From the IMG/VR virus record IMGVR_UViG_3300002835_000086: DNA of 28,972 bases; one strand, given 5' to 3'. Origin of the DNA: a virus (lineage: Duplodnaviria; Heunggongvirae; Uroviricota; Caudoviricetes). Below are positions 8,559-16,179 of this stretch, piece by piece. The first letter of the stretch is position 1, and each line of letters begins with the position of its first letter. The notes below the pieces were generated by a model. The model was not told the DNA's origin. It made no database searches and saw only the letters and a list, made by a program, of their open reading frames with translations. Both the position numbers and the translations under genes were made by a program.

Positions 8559-10166
8559 TTATTGTCTAACTCCAAGTCCTCTGACTCTGTCTGTAAATAT
8601 TGTATTACCATTTGTGGTTGGTGTCCAAATTTCTCCGTCATTTGAAACCGCAAGTTGATTTGTTCCAATACCACCCATAATCCATTGGTTACCGTCCCAA
8701 GCAACTGAATACACTAATACAGTAATTATACCACTAGCGGTACTTGATGGTTGCCAACTGAACCCATCAGTTGAATATGCAATTTTATTTGTCCCTCCAC
8801 CACCGGCTAAGAATCTTAAACCATTGTGAGATACTGCGTATGTATCTGATGTAAATACGGTGTTTCCGTTTGTGGATGCAGACCAAGTAATACCATCGTA
8901 AGAAATTGCAACCTTATTTGTTCCACTTCCAACCGCAACGAATCTATCATTATACCAAACAATACTTCTAACTGCACTGTTTATAATTGAATTACCATTT
9001 GCCGATTGGAACCAAGTAACCCCATTATCATCAGAATAGAATATTGTTTGAGTAACTAAACCTCCAGCTTGTCCACCAATAACCCATCTACTTCCATTTG
9101 AAGCCGTACATAACAGTGCGTTGTTACCAAACACACCACTGGCTGAACTTCCTGTCCAAGTTATACCATCATTAGAATATGCAACTTTTGACGCTCCTGA
9201 ATTAATACCAACCGCCATCCAAAGACCATTATACCAATTCACCCCATAAACCAATGTACCAAATATTGAACTTCCATTCGCCGAGTCGACCCAAGTATCA
9301 CCATCATACGAGTATAGTAACTTGTTAGTACCAGATGCTCCAACAACAAATTTAACACCGTCACTCGCAACGCTCCAAGTTGTACTTGATGCCAAAGCAT
9401 TTCCGTTTGTAGAATTAGTCCAATTTAATCCATCCGTACTATACCCAAGTTTATTAATTGTTCCCGCAGCAACTATCAAAGGAGGTAGTGGTGCGGTTCC
9501 ACTTGGTGTTTGTGTTGGGGTATAACTTGGTGTTGGTGTATTAGTGTTAGTTGGTGTATTAGTTGGTGTATTTGTAGGTGTTTGAGTATTCGTAGGAGTA
9601 TTTGTTGGTGTTTGAGTATTCGTAGGTGTATGTGAAGGAGTATTGGTTGGGGTATTTGAATTTGTAGGAGTATTAGTATTTGTCGCAGTGTTAGTAGGAG
9701 TGTTTGTAGGCGTACTTGAATTTGTTGGGGTATTTGTTGTAGTATTTGTTGGTGTAGTAGTTGTTGTAGGCGTTTGAGTATTTGTCGGTGTATTTGTCGG
9801 AGTATTTGTCGGAGTAGATGTCGGAGTATTTGTTGTAGTATTAGTTGGTGTTACAGTTTGTGTATTTGTATTAGTCGGAGTGTTGGTATTTGTTGGGGTG
9901 TTTGTTGGTGTAGTAGTAGGTGTCGGTGTTGGAGTAGGTGTAAAATATATTAAAGACGTTCCTGTAAGAACACAATTTGACGCATCCACAACTTTCAAAA
10001 CATATTCATCTGAATTATCGTATGGTGATGGTATGTTAAATGTATATGGTATCTCAGAAGTCGTAATTCTATCAATATAAAAACAGCCTGTCCCATCAAA
10101 TTGACAGATGTAAACGTCATAAGGACTTGTTCCTGTTAACCCATTTATTGTTACTTGAATTGCCAT
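8559..10166 (-). CDS. Putative fibre/adhesin: N-domain, ~145-aa Thr/Pro/Asn stalk, 7-repeat Asp-box (BNR) beta-propeller
   Basis: Seven S-x-D-G-x-x-W type repeats (YSTDGLNW, YSYDGDTW, YSNDGITW, YSDDNGVTW, ISYDGITW, YSTDGFSW, VSNDGEIW) at ~44 aa spacing. Confidence 0.72.
   Translation of the reverse strand: MAIQVTINGLTGTSPYDVYICQFDGTGCFYIDRITTSEIPYTFNIPSPYDNSDEYVLKVVDASNCVLTGTSLIYFTPTPTPTPTTTPTNTPTNTNTPTNTNTQTVTPTNTTTNTPTSTPTNTPTNTPTNTQTPTTTTTPTNTTTNTPTNSSTPTNTPTNTATNTNTPTNSNTPTNTPSHTPTNTQTPTNTPTNTQTPTNTPTNTPTNTNTPTPSYTPTQTPSGTAPLPPLIVAAGTINKLGYSTDGLNWTNSTNGNALASSTTWSVASDGVKFVVGASGTNKLLYSYDGDTWVDSANGSSIFGTLVYGVNWYNGLWMAVGINSGASKVAYSNDGITWTGSSASGVFGNNALLCTASNGSRWVIGGQAGGLVTQTIFYSDDNGVTWFQSANGNSIINSAVRSIVWYNDRFVAVGSGTNKVAISYDGITWSASTNGNTVFTSDTYAVSHNGLRFLAGGGGTNKIAYSTDGFSWQPSSTASGIITVLVYSVAWDGNQWIMGGIGTNQLAVSNDGEIWTPTTNGNTIFTDRVRGLGVRQ
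9500..9941 (-). repeat. Degenerate coding repeat (TPTN/TPTQ)n
   Basis: Direct translation; synonymous codons vary, so the repeat is conserved mainly at protein level. Confidence 0.9.
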
Positions 10167-13100
10167 TAGTTACACTCAGTTATTGTTGATGGGGTTATGG
10201 AAATAATTCCGTCTACGATTGAAGTTACAGTATCGTTTAGGTTTGTTGAAGGACATATGTCACAAGTTGTAACAGTATATGTTTTACTAGCAGATGTCTG
10301 ACCTTGTGGTATACTAATAACCAAATTGGTGGTACCATTTCCTAAACAGTCACTAGTTGATAACTCAATTGTTACCGTAACATTTGTAGGTGCCGGATAT
10401 GGTGTTCCACCATTTCTTAGTGTAACCGTTACCTGATTATCTTGTCTTGTATATCCACCACATTGGTCAGGTAAACCTGTTCTAAATATAGATTCGGATA
10501 ATGTAACACATAACGCCAATGGTGACGGTGTTGGTGTTAAACCAGGTGTTTTAGTAACACCAGGTGTTTGAGTTATCAATACCACAGGGTTCGCTAAACA
10601 ATCAACACAATTAGCATAAATGGTTGGTTTATTTAAATTGAAATAATTTCCTGTGAAGTAAGTTAAAATTGTTTGACCTGCAGGGTAGTAATTCAAGAAT
10701 TGTCCAACATAAGTCCAACATTCACCATTTACAGTTTGGAATGTTTGTCCTGTCATAATAGCAAAATTCGTAGGTTGAGTTTGCATTATTGTGGACTGAG
10801 GATAGTTAGACTGATTCAATGCACAAGTTTGGAATACATAAACAAAGTCTGCCGGTGATGCGGTAGGTGTCATAGTTGGGCTTGGAGTTATAGTTGGTGT
10901 CGGTGTGTTTGATGCTGTAACACTTGGTGTAGGTGTCAATGTGAATCTACAATCAGTGCAGTTAGCATAAAGTTGAACAATAGAATTAAGAACCGAGTTT
11001 GGTTGTGTATTACTATCGTTTCTATCATATGTTAAACAGAATAGGTCACCATTCACGTATCCGCCAAAAGTTGTTCCAATTGAAATAGGTATTCCGTTAA
11101 ATGTTAATGTGTCGGATACATAGAACTCAAGATTACTATCACAATCTTTAAGAACTTTAGATGTTGGGCAAGTAAACGCCTCTTCAAAGAATGTATAAAC
11201 TAATTGTCCACCAACTTCAACTGTTCTCGTAGGACTAATCGTAGGAGTCAATGTTGGCGATGGTGTTGTTGGTGTATAAGCTGAGAATGAGAATGACATA
11301 TCACCAGCACAAGTAGATGTTGACGGTGTTGGGGTTGGAGTTGATGGAATAGATGTAACACTAAATGTTACATTATCACAAGTAATCGATGGTGTTGGTG
11401 TTGGGAATGGTACAAAATCACAATCAAAATATGCCGTAAAATCTAAAGTGTTACAATTTACCGAAGAAGGTGTTGGTGTAGGACAAGGTCCTGTTGAGAA
11501 GTAATTAGACGATATGTCGGGACATATTGAATAACAAGGGTATGTCCCCTCTAATAAACAAGTTCCACCTAAAGAATTACTTAAACACCAAACATCACCA
11601 GTATGATAGATGTAACCTGTGGTGATACCGTCTCCTGTATAGTAGAGTCTTGAATTGTATGTTCCAGCAACTTCAAAATTACCACTATAACCTGAAAGGG
11701 TTGGATAGTTTGTTCTAAAACAAAATTCTGTGTATGGACAAGAACTTGGTGTTGATGAAACTGTTGGTGTATTTGTTGGTGTTGGGTTTGGTGTTGGGGT
11801 TGGTGTAGGTGTTAAAACACAACTACTACAATCGCTATATGATGGAACACCTAATGAAGGTCCACCTGGTCCTGAGAATTCAACAAATGAATAACAACTA
11901 CCATTGTAAAGATATGTTGCACCCACAAAAGCAGTGTCAGTGTCAACTAAGGCGTAAAATATGGTACCATCACTACACTTAGTTAACAATGCAGAATCTT
12001 GAGGTCCTGTTCCTGTCGCAGTTGGCGTAGGTGTTGGTGTTCCTGTTGAAGTACTTGTTGGTGTTTGAGTTGGTGTCGGGGTGTTAGTCGCTGTTTGGCT
12101 ATTGGTTGGTGTTACTGTAGGTGTTTGGCTATTGGTTGGTGTTACTGTAGGTGTTGGTGTCACACAAGGAACCGATATCAAACAAGTTGCACAATCGACT
12201 TGTAATGTGAACACAACTCCAACTGAGGAATAAAGATTACCAACAGCTGAATATGGAACCACAGTTCCACAACCATTATATCCTGAACCACCAATTATAC
12301 TATAAACCTGCCCAACTGTTAAAGTTCCTGGAACGTTTTCATATCGGTAATAATTACCGTAACAACAATCTTGAAATAAATAAATGTCATACGGTTCAGT
12401 TGACGTTGGTGTCGGTGTAGGGGTAGTTGTTGTGGTATTTGTGGGTGTTTGAGTCGGAGTAGTTGTTGTGGTATTTGTAGGTGTTTGAGTTGGAGTATTA
12501 GTTGCCGTATTTGTAGGTGTTTGAGTCGGAGTATTAGTTGCCGTATTTGTAGGTGTTTGAGTCGGAGTAGTTGTTGTGGTATTTGTAGGTGTTTGAGTTG
12601 GAGTATTAGTTGCCGTATTTGTAGGTGTTTGAGTCGGAGTAGTTGTTGTGGTATTTGTAGGTGTTTGAGTTGGAGTATTAGTTGCCGTATTAGTTGGTGT
12701 TGGCGTTTGGCTTGCTGTTTGTGTAGGAGTTTGTGTCAATAATGACATACTACAACTTTCACAGTCACCATAAAGTATTTTACTAGCAGGTGTGTCGTCA
12801 GGTGTATTATAACTTAAACCATTATATGTATAACACCCATTTGGGACAATCGAGTTTTGAAAAACTATGTAGAAAACATCAAAAGGTGTTGGTAAACTTG
12901 GTCCCCAATCAATAGTATATGTTACAAACGTATCACAATTAGTGATTGATACTATCGTATAACCTTCTGTTGGTGTTGGTGTCGGAGTGGGTGTATTAGT
13001 TGATGTCGGAGTTGGTGTTGCAGTTGGACATACAATTTCTTCTGTAGATAAACAAGACGCACAATTCGTACCCACACCATAAGAAGTAAACCCATCTAAA

Positions 13101-13546
13101 GGATAACTCCAATTGTATGTTGAGTATGTGTCAGGTTGTACAATTACTGTATAACAAGTATTTTCGGGATTAGACCCACCAGGACTATTAAGTGATAAAT
13201 AAACAACCTCACCTAAAGTCCAAGATATAACACTGCCAGTATTAATCCTCCAATTAGCCCCACCACAACAAGGTTCCAAGTAATATTCAACATCAGAACA
13301 ATATTCTACAGATGTTATTTGTCCTCCACCGCCAGTTATAACATAAATAATTGTCCCATCATTTGGGTCTTGGTAAAACCCATCACTTGCAACTAAAGGA
13401 CCACAAGTTAATCCATCGTATAAGATAGTCCCAACTTGTAACACGGGAGTTATACCATCATCAAATGAAAATGAATCTATAAGTGGTGCAGTGCACGCAG
13501 TTACTTTAGAAGTTAAACTGTAATTTAAGGTAAGACCACTACACAT
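10166..13546 (-). CDS. Large Cys-rich modular putative virion protein with Pro/Thr linkers (1126 aa)
   Basis: Six modules each ending in (N/D)CxxC, separated by TP-rich linkers. Confidence 0.72.
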   Translation of the reverse strand: MCSGLTLNYSLTSKVTACTAPLIDSFSFDDGITPVLQVGTILYDGLTCGPLVASDGFYQDPNDGTIIYVITGGGGQITSVEYCSDVEYYLEPCCGGANWRINTGSVISWTLGEVVYLSLNSPGGSNPENTCYTVIVQPDTYSTYNWSYPLDGFTSYGVGTNCASCLSTEEIVCPTATPTPTSTNTPTPTPTPTEGYTIVSITNCDTFVTYTIDWGPSLPTPFDVFYIVFQNSIVPNGCYTYNGLSYNTPDDTPASKILYGDCESCSMSLLTQTPTQTASQTPTPTNTATNTPTQTPTNTTTTTPTQTPTNTATNTPTQTPTNTTTTTPTQTPTNTATNTPTQTPTNTATNTPTQTPTNTTTTTPTQTPTNTTTTTPTPTPTSTEPYDIYLFQDCCYGNYYRYENVPGTLTVGQVYSIIGGSGYNGCGTVVPYSAVGNLYSSVGVVFTLQVDCATCLISVPCVTPTPTVTPTNSQTPTVTPTNSQTATNTPTPTQTPTSTSTGTPTPTPTATGTGPQDSALLTKCSDGTIFYALVDTDTAFVGATYLYNGSCYSFVEFSGPGGPSLGVPSYSDCSSCVLTPTPTPTPNPTPTNTPTVSSTPSSCPYTEFCFRTNYPTLSGYSGNFEVAGTYNSRLYYTGDGITTGYIYHTGDVWCLSNSLGGTCLLEGTYPCYSICPDISSNYFSTGPCPTPTPSSVNCNTLDFTAYFDCDFVPFPTPTPSITCDNVTFSVTSIPSTPTPTPSTSTCAGDMSFSFSAYTPTTPSPTLTPTISPTRTVEVGGQLVYTFFEEAFTCPTSKVLKDCDSNLEFYVSDTLTFNGIPISIGTTFGGYVNGDLFCLTYDRNDSNTQPNSVLNSIVQLYANCTDCRFTLTPTPSVTASNTPTPTITPSPTMTPTASPADFVYVFQTCALNQSNYPQSTIMQTQPTNFAIMTGQTFQTVNGECWTYVGQFLNYYPAGQTILTYFTGNYFNLNKPTIYANCVDCLANPVVLITQTPGVTKTPGLTPTPSPLALCVTLSESIFRTGLPDQCGGYTRQDNQVTVTLRNGGTPYPAPTNVTVTIELSTSDCLGNGTTNLVISIPQGQTSASKTYTVTTCDICPSTNLNDTVTSIVDGIISITPSTITECN
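12423..12691. repeat. 36-bp tandem repeat, 7 units plus a partial, two alleles; encodes 12-aa TPTQTPTNT(TTT/ATN)
   Basis: Units start GTGTTTGAGT at 12445, 12481, 12517, 12553, 12589, 12625, 12661; allele order A,B,B',A,B,A,B. Confidence 0.92.
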
Positions 13547-13596
13547 TATTTTTTAAATACATTTGATATTATATCCATTAAGATATTCTTTGTCAT
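13546..13596 (-). CDS. Possible 16-aa leader ORF MTKNILMDIISNVFKK coupled (TAATG) to the 1126-aa gene
   Basis: ATG lies 6 nt below GTTATTTAT; its stop overlaps the next ATG by 1 nt. Confidence 0.25.
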   Translation of the reverse strand: MTKNILMDIISNVFKK

Positions 13597-13602
13597 TACA
13601 CA

Positions 13603-13611
13603 ATAAATAAC
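13603..13611 (-). promoter_or_regulatory. Putative late promoter/upstream motif GTTATTTAT
   Basis: Same 9-mer as 8536-8544, at the head of the Pro/Thr-protein run. Confidence 0.4.
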
Positions 13612-13640
13612 AGGATGAATCATTTTTTTAAAAAAAAGAT

Positions 13641-13880
13641 ATGGTAGTTTATTCTATAATAAAGGTGTTGTTTGTAATATTTATAATTGTGAGACTAATA
13701 AAAACAATTAAGAAGGTTATTGAAGAGGCGGAGGACAGATATCTCTCAGCTTGTGATAATGGTGTGTCTTTAGAAGAATTGGATAAGTTAGAGGAAAATT
13801 ATAAAAAATCCTTAAAGCTTATGAATATGTTAGAGTCAAAAAAACTCAACGAGGACACTCAGAAAAATAAGAAATTATAA
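13641..13880 (+). CDS. Small hypothetical protein, N-terminal hydrophobic helix plus charged helical tail
   Basis: VVYSIIKVLFVIFIIVRLI then a Glu/Lys-rich segment; fills the gap between opposite-strand genes; stop shares the palindrome TTATAA with the kinase stop. Confidence 0.6.
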   Translation: MVVYSIIKVLFVIFIIVRLIKTIKKVIEEAEDRYLSACDNGVSLEELDKLEENYKKSLKLMNMLESKKLNEDTQKNKKL

Positions 13881-14660
13881 CCCTCTCAAATATTCTGTAT
13901 ATTTCTTATCAGGTAAGGAAACACCCTTTTTATTTACCACGTCAGAACAGACTTCATTCGCAAATAATATTGAACTTTTAATGTCATTTGTTTTAATAAA
14001 ATGTGACACAAATGAAGCGACAAATGTATCACCAGCCCCACTAACATCAATAGTTTCTTGAGGTTTGGGTGAACCGAAAACCTGTCCCATATACATCGCA
14101 CCTTTGGACCCTAAAGTCACAATAAATTTTTCATCGTGGTTATCAACAATTTCTTTATTATATGAATATTCAACCTCGTTTTGTTTAGTAAATGTAATAT
14201 TACCGATAACATTTTCATTTAATTTTTTCTTGGTGTCCAAAATAGATATTTTTGATAAAACCCCAATTTGATTAATTAAATTTTCACTTACATAACCTTT
14301 ATTATAGTCACTTATTATTACAATGTCAGATTCGGTAATAGTTTTTCTTTGGTCAGGCGATAAAAATAATATTGTATCACAAGGTTCAAGTTCACCATCA
14401 TCAACTCTTGTAATCATTTGATTACTTTTCTTTTCAACATAACGAGTCTTTTCGATTTTGTTTAATTGATGCCAATGTAATACTTCACTATCAGGTAATA
14501 ATGTTCTTAAATTTTCTACAACATTTCCCGCCATACCATTGTTGGTTGTTGAATATAACGGATTTAAAACAGGGACTGGTGCCTCAGGACACAATCTCTT
14601 AATATCACAATACACAAATCGGTCAACACACAGTTCACCTATCACTAAAATCTTTGCCAT
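13875..14660 (-). CDS. rfaE1: D-glycero-D-manno-heptose-7-phosphate kinase (HldE domain I, PfkB family)
   Basis: ILVIGELCVDRFVY..RLCPEAPVPVL, GMAGNV, ISDYNKG, VTLGSKG, DVSGAGDT match HldE kinase motifs. Confidence 0.88.
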   Translation of the reverse strand: MAKILVIGELCVDRFVYCDIKRLCPEAPVPVLNPLYSTTNNGMAGNVVENLRTLLPDSEVLHWHQLNKIEKTRYVEKKSNQMITRVDDGELEPCDTILFLSPDQRKTITESDIVIISDYNKGYVSENLINQIGVLSKISILDTKKKLNENVIGNITFTKQNEVEYSYNKEIVDNHDEKFIVTLGSKGAMYMGQVFGSPKPQETIDVSGAGDTFVASFVSHFIKTNDIKSSILFANEVCSDVVNKKGVSLPDKKYTEYLRGL

Positions 14661-15060
14661 AATTAATTATTTTTGTTGACGAATAACCGTCTAATTTATC
14701 GAAGTAAATTATATTTTTTGCGTTGTCCCCACCAATCACTTTTTTATCTTTGTAATCAGAACCCACAACTAATATGTCGGTTTCCCAATTTAAAATGTGT
14801 TGTGATAAGTCAAAGTCACAATCAAAACTAACAACACTTTCAACCCCATTTATTCTTGATAACTGATACATTCTATCAAGACAAGAATTGACAGGTCTTT
14901 GATTTCCTTTGAGTTCTTTAACTCTTCTATCGGTGTCAACACCAACCCTAAGTACACCTAAAGATGATGCGTATTCCAACATCTCTAAGTGACCTCTGTG
15001 TAAGACATCAAAGGTCCCATTAACCCAAACTTTTAATGGTTCAGACTGTCTCCTCTCCAT
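14635..15060 (-). CDS. rfaE2: Heptose-1-phosphate nucleotidyltransferase (HldE domain II)
   Basis: NGTFDVLHRGH (HxGH), VGVDTD..VKELKG..RPVN...RM, LVVGSDY, GYSSTKII. Confidence 0.85.
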   Translation of the reverse strand: MERRQSEPLKVWVNGTFDVLHRGHLEMLEYASSLGVLRVGVDTDRRVKELKGNQRPVNSCLDRMYQLSRINGVESVVSFDCDFDLSQHILNWETDILVVGSDYKDKKVIGGDNAKNIIYFDKLDGYSSTKIINYGKDFSDR

Positions 15061-15425
15061 ACTCGGTATGAATCTGAATCGTAGTGAGTGGTAGATACTT
15101 CATAGATTCTACCTTCGGTTAATGCAAACAATTGGTGTGGTTGACCAGGGTATTGTCTAACAGTGTCGCCCACCTTTAAAGTTTGTTGATGTAGTTCAGC
15201 AGTTTCAGTATCAATCCATTTGTATAGGAACTCCCCACTTTCAACATACCAAGTTTCATCTTTAATCATATGATAATGCATTGAGAACTGAGCCCCCTCT
15301 TTGAAGACTAGTACTTTACCGCAATATTTTTCATTATTCTCAAATATAATTTCGTGTCCCCATCCTTTAGGAACTTTACATTCAGAACATTCTTCTACAT
15401 TATACACGAGTGGTTTTTCCATCAT
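15033..15425 (-). CDS. Metal-binding cupin, sugar(-phosphate) isomerase-like
   Basis: KGWGHE, FSMHYHMIKDETWYVESG (HxH-x4-E), PGQPHQL (His), YEVST. Confidence 0.75.
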   Translation of the reverse strand: MMEKPLVYNVEECSECKVPKGWGHEIIFENNEKYCGKVLVFKEGAQFSMHYHMIKDETWYVESGEFLYKWIDTETAELHQQTLKVGDTVRQYPGQPHQLFALTEGRIYEVSTTHYDSDSYRVWRGDSLNH

Positions 15426-16178
15426 TTAAAAATTTAATACATCATAATTTAATTCTGAAATAAGATGGGTTAAATCTTTATCCGACTTAATCAAATCTTT
15501 CATTTCATCACTCAAATTTAATTCTTTATGTCTATGTTGTAAATTGTTATGTGTTGAGAATGAACTTCGTGAACCTCTAATTCCATTCAAACCATATCTA
15601 TCCTTAACACCAAAAGTTTCAAAAATAAACCTTTCTCTAACCTCTTTATTATCAATCCAATCTTCAAATTTTAAATACGAAACTTTATTTTCAACACAAG
15701 CCATTGCGTGACTTTTCCATCTTTTAATAAATTCACCGTCTACTTTGAATAGGTGAGGTTCATTAGTATCCCATTTAGTAAAAATTGTTTCATTGTTTGA
15801 CTTTATCCTTGATGATAGTAAATCATAAAAATTTCTTATGAAACATATTCTACCCATATGCTCTATGTCATACTCTCCGTTCATTTCTAATGATAGTGGT
15901 CCTTTAAAAATTCTATCTTCATTAAATAAAGTATAATCCCAAGGAGCATCCTCGTAGTTAACCATTATAGTATGAATATCATTCTTAAATTCTTTTAAGA
16001 ATTTAAAACTCAACGGTATGTCGTGATTGGCCTCACCCAAGTGATAAAACTTAGTCCCTGTGGCATTAATCATTTTGTAGACCCATTCAACTTGAAATCC
16101 AACCAAATTTCTTATTACCCAATTTTTCATAGAATGGTGTCCCGACCTACTTAAACTCATTGTTTCATAAACTTTCAT
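15426..16178 (-). CDS. Sulfotransferase-like protein
   Basis: N-terminal SLSRSGHHSMKNW (5'-PSB-like loop), FIRNFYDLLSSR (3'-PB-like), LKFEDW. Confidence 0.5.
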   Translation of the reverse strand: MKVYETMSLSRSGHHSMKNWVIRNLVGFQVEWVYKMINATGTKFYHLGEANHDIPLSFKFLKEFKNDIHTIMVNYEDAPWDYTLFNEDRIFKGPLSLEMNGEYDIEHMGRICFIRNFYDLLSSRIKSNNETIFTKWDTNEPHLFKVDGEFIKRWKSHAMACVENKVSYLKFEDWIDNKEVRERFIFETFGVKDRYGLNGIRGSRSSFSTHNNLQHRHKELNLSDEMKDLIKSDKDLTHLISELNYDVLNF

Positions 16179-16179
16179 A

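Noticed and set aside
12423-12742. 36-bp repeats as a CRISPR array; Cys-rich antisense ORF 12449..12742
   Set aside because: No unique spacers, units abut and are in frame in a coding linker, no cas genes; the antisense CRICRCLS ORF is a shadow of TP codons.
13562-13592. TTTG...TATTCTTTG as a Bacteroidota promoter for the 79-aa gene
   Set aside because: The -7 box has three rather than two central bases; plausible but not consensus, so not called.
15025-15060. Possible programmed frameshift fusing cupin to nucleotidyltransferase (no ATG directly before KVWVNG)
   Set aside because: No canonical slippery heptamer; an in-frame ATG at 15060 gives a 28-nt overlap similar to the 26-nt overlap at the next junction.
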